Source: Phoronis australis (Eukaryota > Animalia > Phoronida). Taken from it: a stretch of DNA of 64,000 nt. Positions 36,466 to 51,585 of the stretch are shown in pieces. The stretch's first letter is position 1. Each line of letters starts with the position of its first letter. A program made the position numbers and the translations under genes. The stretch covers positions 329,850-393,849 of the forward strand of contig NMRA01000312.1 of the NCBI GenBank assembly GCA_002633005.1. The letters run 5' to 3'. Below the pieces are notes generated by a model. That model saw nothing but the letters and a program-made list of their open reading frames with translations. It was not told where the DNA came from and made no database searches.

Positions 36466-39344
36466 GAATTTCCAACAAAATAAATGTAGATTAGGGTTAA
36501 AGTTAGAAGACAAGATACTTAACACCTGACTGGTAAATTGCTAAATTCTGGATTTCTGGATTTGTCACAGAGGGGTGCTAATCTACATTTTAAATAGGGG
36601 AAGGGGGTATGGCAGGAAAATTAGATTATCCACAAATTTAGACAGTAGACACCATTATTTTGTAGCGGTTAATTCCATAAACTTAAAGCAAAAATGAAAT
36701 TTAAACATTTAAAACCGTTCTCTAGATTTTGTAGTTTGAAAAGAGAAACTTTTGTAGAATTCCAAACTCTGGAAGTAAACCTTTTTGTACAAGAGGGAAG
36801 TTGCACACCCCCTGCTGTTCATCCTCATCTCTACGAACCATTCATGTTCCAAGACCACAGGACTGTCCAGTAATTTATAACATCCATCTATATACCCCAT
36901 TGTGCTTTTAGTCATTTCCTCAATGTTGACTGTTTCCATTAAGGGAGGACAAGGGCACATACATTGCCCCAAACACCAAGAGGTTTGTTGATGAAATACT
37001 TTGGAATCTAAACAAAAGCTGTAATTGAGGACACATTGAAAAAACATCTGGTCTTGGAGTTTGATGTTCCATTACGGTAAAAAATCTCCAGTTTGGTGGA
37101 AAAATAATTATTTCACTCAAGGTTGTAGCTTGCACCAATTGACATTACTTTTGATGAACTTCCAAACTTATTTTCAGATCCTGTAAAAACTTGAGATACG
37201 TAATTCAAAAATTACCCATGCGCCAAATTTTAGAATCAGGTAAATTCAATTTGGATTTTGGTGTCCCAAATTTTGAAGACTACCGAACTAGAGAATTTTT
37301 ACCATGCATGCATAATTCAAGATTTGCATATTTGTAATTTGCTTTTGAGAACTGCATAATATGAAATCACAAATACCAAAAATAAAAATGGTTTAACAGA
37401 TTTCGATAATAAAGTGTGAAAATGTCAATTTTGAAAAATAAGCATGAAAATTATTCACTACCACCTCATCTTTTTGAATTCTCCGGGACAAAACATTCGC
37501 CAAATTTACTGAAGGTGTTCCTTTTTCTGAGTTCTTAATGAAATCCCCAACATGTAATGTTCAATTGCTTGAGAGTATCCATGCCTTTTTTAGTTTAAAT
37601 AGGATCTATGGGCATTCACACAACCATGCCCACAACAGTATGCAATCACTTAAAATAGTGGCACACTGTCAGCTTGTGAACTATCCCACTCAAAACAGGA
37701 GCCATAGATGATTATTAATTAAGCCCAACTTAACACCAGGTAGAATCATACACTTGAGTGCACAGTAGGCCTTTAATGGTCTGAAGTTAATGGCTCTCAT
37801 TAACCTGGGATACTTCAAATTTAAGCAGCCCCTGGAAAGTCTGCACTCCGTTCTAAACCGTCAGTTAAAGTTCTAAACCGTCAGTTACCAGATTTCTAAC
37901 AAAAAGAAACTCTGTGCACGCACAGGTAATTTTCAATTTATTTCACCCAAAAATAATTCCCAAAACTGTCATTTTGCTTGAAATAGAAATTTCACCAAAT
38001 TTTGTTTTATGATACAACTACACAGTTCATACTAGGTCAGTAAAAGTATAACATTTTCTTGATATTTACTTTTGAGAAGAAATTTGACAAAACAGAATTT
38101 CACTTGTCAGCCATGTTTGTGTGCTATATATGTGAACAATTACCGCACCATTTAACGGCCAAGACACTTCAACTTTTAAAAAAGCAATTTAAGCTGGACT
38201 ACATGGTGATCTTGCAATATTGAAGGTTTCGAAAAAATTGTGAGACAATTTAAATGCTGGAAAGTATTACCTAGTAGATCTGAGTTACTAGGAAAAATAA
38301 TTGTCATCAAACAACAGGATATAACAGCCGTACAATCATCAAATGTTACTCTGACGAGTCCATCAAGGTGAGAAGCTTTGAATCGGTAGTGTTGACAATA
38401 TGACCAAGTATGATAAGGACTATTTGATGAGATTTAAGGTATGACATAGCAAGTGATAAGATGTGTGGGAGGGTGGCCTCGTGCAGACTTACTGGGGCCA
38501 CTCAATTGCCCTGGAGTACTCTAAAACAACTGATAGCGGCCAACAACATAGGAATCCGTAGTGAATTTTACGTTGACCTTTTGCACGATTACTGTCCCTA
38601 AAGACCATTGATGAATAATGTGATATACATGAGAATTTCCTTCCTAAATTGAATAATTCTTACCACAGCTAAAATGACTCGACTGTTTCCCTGCTTTCTT
38701 AGTTTATTGTACGTCCTCATATAGTGATAAACACATTAAAAATGTATGTATCCTCTAGAAGATGAAATGCAATTTTTTCTTTCAAACAACTATCGTTGAG
38801 GTCGAGTGAAGAGTTTCGCAGTGATGGCAATAAACGCTAGTATATATGTGGGTGCATAAAAATAGAAACTTGAATTACCTTTGACTTTAAGACGCCTTTG
38901 AAACTGAACCTTGCCCAAATCTGAAAACTTCTCCAGCTAACTAATTGGCCAGACTTTACAGCAGCAACAAACAAGTTGAATGTTTCTGGAAAGACGGGTT
39001 TGCAAATCCCATTGGTAGCTTCTTTCCAGGTGGTCCACAGATTTTGCACTCATCACTATCTAGACAATAATTGGTTGATGAAATGGGCGTGATATTTATG
39101 ATCAAATCAAGGAATCAGAGGTAAACAAATACGGCAAACGTGACTTAGAACCTCTCTGCAAATTAATGCCATGACACCATGCTTGAAAAACAACATTCGC
39201 AAAAATCAACAGAGTACATTTTCCAAGTTTGCTGGCCTGTTCTTTGAAACTTCCTGATGTTACAACTACGTACAGAAGGCAACAAGTCTACTCTGCAATT
39301 TCAGAACAGCTGACTTCGCGAGTTCACTGTTTGCGGCACCCACG

Positions 39345-39384
<40 letters not shown>
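39345..39384. repeat. (CA)n microsatellite
   Basis: Direct reading. Confidence 0.95.
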
Positions 39385-39385
<1 letters not shown>

Positions 39386-40599
39386 TGGTACATAGAACTT
39401 CTGTACTTAAAAGTAAAACAAAAAAATAAAGCAAAGTAGCTGATAAATCGATCACTGTCAGTCATTCTGTATTGGCTGTGCAAAGAATCACACAATTGGC
39501 AAATTGACAACACAGTAAGGGACTGTGCACATTTATTGGTGATTTTCCCCAAGTATATTACAATGTATAGAGAGGGTGAGGACTGCAACTAGTGTACACC
39601 TTTTGGGTGACAGGAAAAGAGAATGTTTTTAGTGTTTTCTCATAAAAATGGCAATAACTGGGAAGAGTCTCTAACAATATTGTTACCATATACATGTGTT
39701 CCCAAACAAGGCAAAGTTGTGGATCTCTAGTTAACATAAAAAATCTGTGAAATTTCATCGACCTTTTACAAACTGGACGACATTGAGTTACAGTATAAAC
39801 TTTGATTTGAATAATTTTAAGTTACATGGGACCCTGTGTACAAGTCTGCACATTTAGCCAGATATCTAGTAAAATCTAGAAATTTGGTCAGTAAAAGTAC
39901 ATGCTTTTGGAAGTAGACAGCCTGTAGATTTTGATTTTAACTTTAAACCAATTTGTCATTAACCGGGCCACTTGACCATATCTTTTTAGTAAAATTTTGA
40001 AAACAAAAAAGATATGTGTCAGTAACATAACACAACTGCATATGATTCATCTATTCAAGACGATACCTCAAAATTATTGTTACAATTTTCTTAAAGATCA
40101 CTTCACTTTCGTTTCAGGCAACTTGTGTTTTATCATAAAAATCAAGAAAGCTTTATTTGATAGACCCTCATGCATGCTTTAAAAACACTTCTGAGCAGTG
40201 TTTTGGAAAACAGAGCATAAAGCACGGTATCTGAAATATTCATATGAATCCGATTTCACAATTCTTAGGCACGGTAAAATACGACTAATTTCAGACAAAA
40301 CTAATTGCCAAAATTGCTCTTCTTTCATACGCAATGTTTCTAACTTTGTTGCGAGTATCTACATTATAGCTACAGTTTAGACCTTCAACACGGAAGAGCG
40401 CTATCAGTTTGGTGAGGGGGGGCATATGTTTCAAAGGAAGAGTAACAAAAGAAATTTTCATTTGTCGCCCACACTGTCCTAAAGTAGTGAGACTGTACCT
40501 CATGTTACAAAGTAAGAAAAATTTGGACATTTGTTTCTAGGAGCCTTCATAACCTCAACCAGAAGAGTTGATAATTGAAATGCAAAAATATAGCTTTAA

Positions 40600-41098
40600 G
40601 GTTACGCAGGACCCTTGATCGAAAAATGGCCAATTTGGCAAACTTTGCAACATCGTATCTCAGAAATGGCTGATCGCGTTCATGTGAAACTTTCATACAC
40701 TATGTTTTAAATGCATTGTTTGTCAATAGGAATTGTTTTTTTAAAAAATCCACTCTGGTATGAGGGGCTATAAAAACAGGTTCTTTAGGATTTTTATGAA
40801 AAAACTCAAAAAGGAAAAGATCCTTTAGAAAACTGTAATGGTATTTTTGAGATTGTATCTTGTACAAACTTGGACACATTCGATGCTGTTGTTTGGCTGC
40901 GGATGTGCCCTTATTTTGCAAAATTTTACTAAAAACACACGGCTACGTGACCAAGTTAATGGCAGACTGGTGTAAAGTCACAAATCAAATTCTACAGGCT
41001 TTCTACTTTCACTTTCACAAACTTTACTTTTACAGACTTAAAACATAAAGTTTGGTTTGGCGAGCTAAACCGACAAGTCATAAGGCCTTACATAACTT
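40600..41098. mobile_element. Old TTAA-flanked (Kolobok-like) MITE
   Basis: ttaaggttacgcaggaccctt left end, degenerate inverted right end; related reverse copy near 19080-19155. Confidence 0.4.
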
Positions 41099-42855
41099 TG
41101 AAAAGTTCATCACAACTTGCACAAATTTACGCGTGCACAAAACTCACCTTGAATGTCGCTGTTGTATGGTGTGAAGACGAATAATCGAAAGATACTACTG
41201 AGAACCCAACAGTGCGGGCTCCTAAGGCGACGCAGACAAGGACTGTTCTTCACCTGTGGACCTATCAGTGACCACTGTGCCCTTATCTTGAAAACCTATA
41301 ATAAAGTAATCACCAGGTGAGAGACAGGGTGATTAACACACTGTGCATGCCATACCACCAGAGAAGTCAGTTGAGAAAGGTTCTTTACAATCCCCTTGCC
41401 TAGTTCCAAGAATATTTATTGTGGTTTAGGAGCAGGCAATATAGATGAGTCACTCCAAAGACACAAGCACGAAATCCATTTAACCCAGTGCAAAAATTAT
41501 ACAAGGAATTTTCACAAAATTTATTAAAGCCTTGCTCAGTTGAATGAGTCAGGGTGTTGTTGTATAGGAAATGACATCCATTCATCCATTCTTCCATTCA
41601 AAAGACAATTTCACAAACCAGACATCAAAATCCCATTGATCTAAATTGAAAGCCTCAGGGTGTGAATTTAGCCTTAGCTTGGGTGCAAAATAATCACATT
41701 GGCCAACTTCGCTTCTAGACTTTGAAACAAAAAGAATAGGAAATGATATGTGCTTCGAGTATGTTAAAGATATGGAAATCTTAAATAAACTTCTTTGGTT
41801 TACCCTGTAGTTCACATTCTAAAAGCAAGAAGCCAAAATATGTATGTGTATTGAACACTTTTGTGTATAGAGTCTGATTTGGAAGCACTTTCTTCTCTTG
41901 AGAATATCTCTGGAAGGAGAAAAACGATCATATACACACTACGCTAATCCTTTTGCTCCTCAAAGACGTGACCTAGAAACTGAAAAGTTCCATGAACTGC
42001 TAAGAATTCCGACATTACAAAGAAGTGTTTAAAAACAGGATTACATGGAATCCATAAATGTTCAGGCCAACACAGACAGTAGAAAACCAGGTAAATCAAC
42101 ACCTCTGTTGCCATGGAGAGTCCGGTACCATGACAACAAGAGGATGGTTACACCACACACAGCAGGCTTTGGTTTAACTTTTACAGCTACCTTGGCATTC
42201 CACAGTAGAAAAACAGAATTTGTTTACAATGTAAATAACATTGTGCAAGGTTAGTCCATCAGCCAGTAGAAGATGGACTCAAGCGCCAGTCATCAGTGAA
42301 ATAATTTCTCTTCCCACTGGTAAGGCATTTACACCACATCTGGTTTCTCAATTTTAGCAAAGAAGAGGAACCCTAGCTCCAAAGAATGCAGTTTCCTGCA
42401 ACAGCACCATTGAGGTGAAATCACAGGCTTATATGTCCTCCACTCCTTCACACACTTCCTTATCTATAATAACCTGAAATCCTGAATTATATTTAGTGAC
42501 AGTACACAATGGGTGGTATCTATCAAACTTTCCTATGATTACAAGATCCATGAAAAAGATCATCTTTACAAACCTGAAAATCAGCGTGGGAATGGAAACA
42601 GAAATACCATTGAAGAGAAAGAAAATTCATGCAAATTCATTGCAATTTGAAGCTTAAACACAAATTTAAAACTCAATTAAAACCTGTTGTTTCATCAATG
42701 TGAAAGTAAGTGCTAAAGAATTTGCGGTATGAACAAACAGGGGTCACTTCCATGAATTGAGTTATTAATTTAGCATTGTTTAGAGGTGACACCATACTTA
42801 AACACAAACTGACAAACACAGGTCATAAATAATGTAGCGGGGGGGGGGGGGGGGG

Positions 42856-42878
42856 NNNNNNNNNNNNNNNNNNNNNNN
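42856..42878. other. Assembly gap (23 N) preceded by poly-G
   Basis: Direct reading. Confidence 1.
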
Positions 42879-45800
42879 TGGTAACTATATGTCGACGTGA
42901 CAACAATGTATTTTTATCAGTGCAAAAATGTTATACGCACTGTAATTTACAGGTGGATTGCCACTCGATTTTAATGAAAACAATACTGTTTTGTATCCAA
43001 TGTCATTCATTGTGCATGTTGTCATTTTAATTTTAACTTTATTTCTGTTTCTGTTGACAAAGGAAATTATGACATCCGAAAATTTCACTTGATCCATTCT
43101 TGTTGTTTTATTTACCTATTATTGAGACTATGTCTGTTACTGGGTTCCATTCAAGTGACGAAAATATTGAGTACAGATCCCTTTTGGAACCAAAGAACCG
43201 TACACCTTGCACACCAAGGTGCAGTTCTTTGGTTTCAAAAGGGAACTTTACTCAATATTTTCATATATTATATTATATTATACTGTCTGTAAAGCCACAT
43301 TTCCACGGGGGGGGGGGGTCACTTGACGCGCGAACAGTTGTTTGGAGGGTAAGTATGACTGTAAACATGACTAGCACTGACCACACTGACCAAGTTGACA
43401 CCACGGAGGCCATTTTCACAGATTTGAGAGGAAGAGCAAGTTGCACTCAATTAGTTGCTCCAGTGTCAAACACAAACTGGGGGAAGGCAGAAGGGATCAT
43501 CTCTGTTACACTTGCGCCATAGCGTATATATACAGGTGATTCGCTGGCATTCTATGTGGTTTGAACTATCCCTATTGTCTATGTGAGCATGATTCTTCAT
43601 CGAAATGACATGTTGATGCAGTTTGAGATCTAATGTCGTGTAAATTCGACTAAAGTGGAGCAACTCATGCCATGACTAAATGACTATTGTTCCTCGTGTA
43701 AAAATGTTTTATCACTCATAACTTGTGTGGAAACATACTGACACTGTCATAATTTTTTTAAAAGTACCTAAAAATAAAGTATTTCTGAGTTCTTAAATTT
43801 GTGTTTTCTGAGTCACCTGTCTCTGACATATGGTATGGAGTCCAACAAATCTGGCCAAAGATGATCCAGAGTTCTTCTAGATCAACTTGTTGGCAATTAT
43901 TAAAGTGTGACTAGGAAGGGGTAGATTTATGAAGGCTGGTTTTAGTTGCAAAGCCATGTTACACCAGGACAGAGCAGCCTATTGTGACTGCATAACCTGA
44001 AATTTCAATGACACAATTCTTCCATTGATATCCTGGAGTCCTTTACTCTTGACAAAACATTATAAAGACATAAATTTTAAGACATCATAAAAGCAAGGTT
44101 ACATTAAAAGAAAATTACACATCTTTTATCTCAAGAACCTTGTAAACTCATTAAAATACTCCCCTTAAGCAGAAACAGTTTTACAAAGAAAGTCAAAGTA
44201 GGTTGAAGAAATTGTTGACAGCCTATCAAGCACTGATGTGAAAATGAAATGTGGGACTCAGATACAAAAGAAATTCAAAGCAAGTTGTCTAGAGCACGTA
44301 TCACCATTATGTACACATAAGCAAACCAATCATACCCTGGGGTAAAAATCCAACAATCTAAAGGTCCTTTTATACTAACTTAACTTTGGCGTGAGCAGAA
44401 CACTTGATGTTCTCCATACCCGATTCTGTATTTAACTGCATCAAAGTAAATGGTAGGTGACGTCATTATTGAAGTAATCGCAGGTGTAGCGCTGATGCAT
44501 AGCATGCACGATAACATTTTTTTAATGTGACAATTTGAGTGCTAATTGACATAAAACTTATCTAATTTGATTGGTCATTATTCGAGCAAAATATAAGCAA
44601 CTATTAGTGACAACACTGCCCCTTAATTGTTGATGATAACAGTGGCACCTGGCGATAACTTCAATAATACCGGAAGTTGATCATTCATACCGCACCACAG
44701 CGTCCACGCTTCGCTGTTAAATCCACCTGTTAGTTACAAAGATAAATGGCACTGTTAACTTCAATCCAGGACTGAAGTTAACCATTCATACTAACCACAA
44801 CTCCCCAAAACAGCAACGCTTCAACAGGGCCTTAAGAAAATACTAGACAAGACTTATGTGGTGTACCATAGGCAGATTAAGGGAAACAACTCCTCACCCC
44901 CACCCCCTGCAGTCAACATTGGCTGTTAATAAACAGGGAAATAGAAAAAATCCGAGTAAATTTTGATTCTACAGTCAATTGTATACAAGTCTTCACACGG
45001 ATGAGGCGTGCCAAAAAGGGTTGAAGCATCTGCTGCTGAGGGCTGACAGTTGGGCTTTTCACAGTGTCCTGAAGTTGGATAAAAAACCTATTGTGTTCAA
45101 GAATTTAAATATGGTTTGTTTTAGCCAAAGGCAAGTATGATTGTAGTCATGAGCAGTCTTATATGTATGTATAACTACTGTAGGCCTACTTAGAAGTTCG
45201 AAGAATTTTATAAAATATATCATTTTTATGCAGTTTTAAATCATGGTTTAATCAAAATTTAAGAAACAGAGTACATAAACTTAATTGATTTACATCTTTA
45301 ATTTTGAGTAAATAATTGGTTTTATTCAATTGACTAGTTTGAGAAAAAGAAATAAAACAAAACGTTTCAAGTACAAAGCACACGCCTGTGGTACAAAGTA
45401 GCCTATGAGTGTTTTAAAAATGTCCAAGAATATCGGCACAAGAGCGTTTCATTGAGATTTTAAAAAAATATCAAAAGTATCAGTACTACCACTAGGCACT
45501 ACTGGCAGACTGGCAACCAATGTTTGGAATACTTGTTGTAAACAACCAAACAAAAAGTGACAGAGATCAACCACCAAGAAAACACTTTGAAACCGATGTA
45601 CCGCTAGCCTACTTCTCACAGTCAAAACAAATTCCCTGTAGACGGCATTATTTACAAACTCGCAGTACAGCATTTGTTAAATTTTCAAGTCTAAGAAATA
45701 GCCTACGTGTGTTAAACAATTCGGGAATCCCCCCTGGCAGTACACTTAGGTTACAGTACCAGTTTTCACGCAGATGATTGAGGCGAGTTAAACATGTTAA

Positions 45801-45954
45801 ACCAGTTTTACGAAGAGAACTCCCCTATATCTCGAACCGCACAGATTTTTAAAGATAGTGGTCAGTTAAATGGTAGACCTAATGGACTAAATTATTCTTC
45901 CGAGATCGAGAATGCAGAGAAATAGGCGAAAACGATGGTCAGCAAGTTACTTAC

Positions 45955-46200
45955 CCCGTAAAGTTTTAATTGTGATTTACAGGCAGGCCGTCTGTTGCTC
46001 GCATCATCGAGCAGTGATCGTTCTCTGAAGCTCTGGTCAGCCTCATTTACACGTGTTATTTATTACAACAAGCACTTGTCGAGTTCAAAATGATCGAATT
46101 CCAAAAATGGCGCGCCGTGTCAGATTGACTCCTGGCGTTCATCCTGAAAACTAGTCTAATTAAAATCGGCCTGATCTTGCCGTGTGTTACGTAATGAACT
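45955..46200 (-). promoter_or_regulatory. Probable promoter / non-coding first exon of gene A
   Basis: Consensus donor G|gtaagt at 45954, locally CpG-rich, YY1-type AAAATGGCG at 46104 and TTACGTAA at ~46187; the link to gene A is inferred. Confidence 0.45.
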
Positions 46201-46749
46201 CCTCGGTGCATTGCTCGGGTTCTCGCACTGAGTAACTAGAATTCGAAAGAGCATCAAATCTCATTAAAGCAGAAAAATATGTTGAGATTAGGCCTAAACT
46301 AATTTCAAAGCGCCAATAAACTCGCGTTCCATCGAGGAAACAATCTTCTGATTTAGCACACTTACCGCTACGATAAAATTGATCTCAACTTGTCTCGGTT
46401 CGAATGAAAATAGAAGTGTTAGGCCTATTCTCTCTCTTGTTAGCACGACTCAAGCAACAACAAGCTGTCATTTCTTAACAAATTAATATATCACGCCTAT
46501 TTTGGCTAAGGGACAAAAGTTAAGACAAATTTCATAACGGCAAGTGATCAGTAAATCAAATTGTTTTTTGTGACGGAAAGCATGTTTGTAACCGTTTAAA
46601 TTTTTCCCTTACACGTGACAGCATAGGCCTAGGTCTACGCGCAACTCAAGTATTTGCAATCTGAAAAAAGACAAGATTGACGACCTTTTAACTGTATTGA
46701 CAAAGTATTTAGTTACACCAAACATGACAAATGACTGACGTGCCCATCC

Positions 46750-46903
46750 CAGGGGCGGATCCAGGGATTTTGAGTTAGGGGGGGCCAGGACAGAGTATTA
46801 GCCAGGATTTTGCCCTTCAGACATTCGCACCCTCGAACCAAATGTAATCTGGGAGAATTTTAGGGGGGCCATGGCCCCTTGGCCCCCTCTAAATCCGCCA
46901 CTG
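46750..46903. mobile_element. Small hAT-like MITE
   Basis: TIR caggggcggat / atccgccactg; flanks catcc/caccc (4 of 5 match). Confidence 0.7.
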
Positions 46904-48292
46904 CACCCTGAGGTGGATTCAGGGTCAGGGACCCCTCCCCCCGTTATGCACATGACAACAAACGGTATAGTGGTACTCCTCATAGATCCTCCAGACGTGT
47001 ACCTCAGAGGAGAGAGTGTAGTACCAGTTGCACTACATCTGTATTTACATGCCGCACTCAGTCAGTCCATGCAATAAGATATTGATTTTCGATAAATATT
47101 AAAAAATAACAACTGGGAATGCCCGTATCTGCACCCCTTGAAGGTAGCCTACGGGTAAATTTTCGATAAATTTTCTGAGAAAGTGGTCGCAATGGGGACA
47201 TTCTTCGTCTTGCGTTACAATTACTTGGCATCGGCTCCGAAAATGCGCCATTAAACTAACGTGCAACATACTGAGTGCAATTAGTAAAGAAATGATTTGT
47301 GCTTTGTTAGTGGACCTTATAAGCCAGTTTCGTTGGTGTTGCCGATTTCCTGAATGTGACAATGCACATAAATTCTAACCTGTTTTGGGGATTCTCAGTT
47401 ATACTATTTTGAATTCCCGTGATTAGTTTCAACATGTGACCCCTCACAGCGCAGTCCACGCTTTCTCGTGACTGTTGGGCACGGGACAACGAGAACTCAT
47501 TGGCACGGGATACCAGCATGACGAAGTACAGTGTCTCATGTTTGAATGATTTGCCAAAGATTATTTTTTGTGGTGTTTGTCCGCTAAAACTGCTCATCAA
47601 AGAAAAAACATCTTTCAGGCTGATTACAAGCATTTGCCTCAACCTTTTCAGTCGCACGTACCCACTCGTTTGGGAAAAGCGCCCTGGTCGGGTTCATTTT
47701 TTGGTTTTCGCCTCCCGTAAGTTTTCCCACATTTCGCATTCACTACCTAAGCCAACATTAGGAGAAGTGTTATTTTATCAGGACTTGGAATGACCAATGA
47801 CCATAGTTATATTTATCTCATTGGCAATGACCAATGACAAAAAGAGGAAAATTTTCCAGGTGATGTATCGTTCCACAAATAAATAGTCTTGTCTGATAGA
47901 AATATTTTTTTGTGTTGTAAAATTTAACTGAAATATACGTTTTTGCACGAATAAAGTCAAAATAATGATAAAAATGAGACAAAAAAGAGGAAACTGGAGG
48001 AAATAGAAACACGAAACAGGAAATCCTCTTAAAAATAAAAAAATTCCAAGCCGTCTTTTGGACACAAATGGGCGCAACTGTGGAAATTCCGGTCCAGGTA
48101 AATTTTGTGAAAAAATCTTGCAACACTGTCACAAGACATAACATTGTCTCAAAGTATTTTAGCCGGTTTTAGCTTAAAAACAATGGCCTTGAAAGTTGAA
48201 GAAAAAAACGGAATAATTGAAAAATATGAGTGTCCAAAGGTGTACCCACACTCCAAATAAAAATATCATGTGCTCACCCAGTCTAAAACATA

Positions 48293-48491
48293 GGGGGGCG
48301 GGCTCGAATTTTTTGGTATGCGGACTTTTTACTGAAAGAAAACAACGAGGACTAAAATAAAAATGGGGCCACTAGGTTCAGGCCTGAGAATTGCGTACAT
48401 CCGCGCCGACTTTCCGTGGATTTTGTCTCGTTTACTCGGACTTTTTATTTCAATGAGGCGGACTTTTCTGCCCAATTCGCTCGAGCCCCCC
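48293..48491. mobile_element. Small MITE with gggctcga/tcgagccc inverted ends and repeated cggactttt motifs
   Basis: Direct reading of the ends and four internal cggacttt-like motifs. Confidence 0.5.
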
Positions 48492-51145
48492 TCGGTGCGC
48501 CCATGATTATTGGTTTAATAATGTAAGAACAAAACTTAAATTCATAAAAATGATGAGAAAAACCGTTGTATTAACGTGGCGAGACTGTTATCTGCCTTTG
48601 CACGCCCTTCTCGTATTTCAAGTACCATTGGCACAGCCTTCTCCAAAACTGAGTAGGTTGATTGTATACTGTGCACGTGCCAACTTTCACAAGGTATAAA
48701 CAAATGTAACCATATTTCAGCAACGTTTTTAACTGCACGGTAGGACCTGCCGCACTAAATTTGACATGCGGGCGTTACACTGAAATGTTGGTAGTTTTTT
48801 GGGACATCCTATAAGATAATATAACCATTACTATCATCCTCCTCGCAAGAGATAGTTAATACTAGAAATTGGTGATAGTGCTCAAACAAAAAAACCCACA
48901 AAATTATAAACAAATTTTATATTTTTAGAAAAGATGTACAAAACAGTTATTAAAGAAATTTAAATTTCAACAGGTATGTAGTCCACCTACGGCTTGACAA
49001 TGAGTAATCTCTTCAACTACCAAATCACAACTCTAGTACTTAAAATAATGCATTTCCTAATCCCTACGTTCTGTAAATACCATAGTACTAACATAAACAC
49101 ACAGCAGACACACTATCTCACTATCTGTTGTATCTAAGCAAACTCTCATTAATGCACAAGGCCATCACCTTTCGAAACTTTCTTTTACAGTTGAGACTAC
49201 TACTGACAAATCACAACTTTTCACTGAGCTCTAGTGGTTTTCAAAAATGACGATTTTTTGAAGGAAAGGGGAATTCAAATGAAAACAAGGCTGTCTCTAT
49301 CCAAAAAATGAATAGTTGAAGAAATGTATTCAAATTCTTTGTAAATCGTCTGATACAAATGACTGAGACAGAATTAAAACATCAAGTTAGCATCTCAGGA
49401 GAGAAATTGCAGATACTTTTTGTACAATGTGTTTGATAAAACAGATGAAGCACGACTTATGGCTGATGCCCAGATGTGTGAAAGATAGTGCGATGTCTGG
49501 GGTCCGTTTCATGAAAAGTGACTTAGGTCAGAAATTTAGCTTTGCACTCCACACATCTATTTATGAAATCTCACTATAGCAAAAATTCAGTTTCAGACTG
49601 CAGTACACATAACTGGTAATTACTGAAATAATTTCTATAAATTATGTCTAGAGCCTGATTTTTTCAGCAATGGTGAAGTGGGACAGGAAGACCAAATTTC
49701 TGTCTTGAGTCACTTTCATCACACAGACCCATGGTGTGTTCGCCTTGCTGGGTCGTTGACTGCACCTTGCCGCCCTCCAGACATCCAGGCACTGTGTTGT
49801 TGCCATGGGTTTGACATACTACAGAACGAGCCAAAAGTATTCAGACAAAATGACCCAGAATCCCCTCATCGTGGTGCAGAAGCTGAATTGGTCAGAGTAA
49901 ACTACCCCCACGATCAAGGATGAAGAGAAATTAACAGGAAAATAGTAAGGTTGTTAAGTCATTCTTTGATTAGAATTTTGCTGACATAACAATATCAGTC
50001 ATTTTTGTAAATAGAATTAGCGGTCATGGTACAGAAATTATATTTTGTCTAATTACTTGTCTTCTACTGCATGCGTAACCCATAGTGTATTCAATGAAAA
50101 AAATTCACAGTAACAATAAAGCCTAAGGAGGTAATCAGTGCGGAAATGCAAAAAAAATCAAATAAATCAGTTCCAACCAGATCACAATATTTCATCCAAG
50201 TACAACGTAATCCAACTTATCTGAAGGGTCAATAGTACCAGAACAGCCATACAACCGAACTTTCTCAAACTTGAACAAAAATCTAACTTGTGCATGTCCA
50301 ATTTACCAAAGTTCTACTTTACTACACGCTTCTGGAAAATGTTCACCCTCACTGCTAAACTAATATGCATAACCTAGCACTGCAGCTAAACTAAACCAAA
50401 CCTCTACTATTCCTTGATATATTATTAAATATAGCACTCGTAGTTATCAAACTTATCATATAACAATTCATAAACATATGTATAAAGGTATATACAACAA
50501 ACTAATAAATACAAAGGACTACCTTTTGTCATTGTACCATAATGAATTCAAAACCAACAAATACGGGAGGAAATTTAGAATAACACAAAATAAAATCACG
50601 AATCCTAAACTTTGAGACCCTAGGCTTTGTCATAAGTTGAATTTACGGCACCTAACACAGTACGGTGACAGTGACCAGTTGTCATCAAAACGATCTATTG
50701 AAATTAGGCAACCTCCTAAAGACACTAATACCCTGGCATTACCACAGAATACCCATACATAAGTTTGTAAAATTAAATGTTCCAAAAATATCAGAGATGT
50801 ATGTATAGAATTCAGGGGCCAGTTTTATCAAATGTCGTAAGTCTGGTCACAGACAAGACAGTTGTCAGTCATTATTGCAATGACGATGCTGCATTTCTGT
50901 TTAAGCATACTGATTGTTACTGATGTAATTGTGACCTAAGTTCGCATTGAAGTTGAACGCCCACCTCCATATCATATTTTATTGAATTGTTCGCCAATGA
51001 AAATTCAATATACAATAATCTTAGTGAAGACCCGACTTATGACATCAGTTAAAACATGAAGTGAAGTATTGTACAACATATCTTCCTGAGGAAATACTAA
51101 CAAATCTCTAAGTATTTTAAAGGCAAACATCTGCATTGCCGATTC

Positions 51146-51585
51146 CTATGAAGACTTGACATATATCTTATTGTCGTTACCAATCTCACTTGTACTTTTT
51201 CGTTTCACTTTGGCTTCGCTGACTGCATTTGATGACGATGTTGACGGAACAGGTGATTGCCTGCTACTACTTTGTCTTGTGACTCGCGTTCTTGCTGATC
51301 CCTGAGATGGACTAGCGCAAAATGTAAACAATGAGGTGTTCGCCATGTTGTCAATGCATCGTTCATTGTCCTGAGAATTGTCGTCTGAAGCAAACACGTC
51401 GCTGTCAATATGCGAGCGATGTCTCGTCCTCTTGGTGACAAATGATGTCATCGACAACTTGTCGCTTGACGATTTGGTTGACGTGCTGCCAGTTTTAATG
51501 CCGCTGTCCTCCATAAACGAGTAACTAGGGAGATTGTTGTCATGGCGATCATTACACCACAGACTGCTGAGATCAGGATCTTCGT
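51146..51585 (-). CDS. CCNF: Cyclin F terminal coding exon (S/T-rich PEST-like tail, stop at 51146)
   Basis: ttttatttcag acceptor, phase 1, open to TAG. Confidence 0.8.

Noticed and set aside
36709-37138. Minus-strand ORFs as a gene or transposase fragment
   Set aside because: No recognisable motif or consistent splice structure
38350-38425. CTGACGAGTCC...GGAC as a hammerhead ribozyme
   Set aside because: No GAAA core after stem II
42839-42878. Poly-G tract as G-quadruplex element
   Set aside because: It abuts an N gap, so its length and context are unreliable
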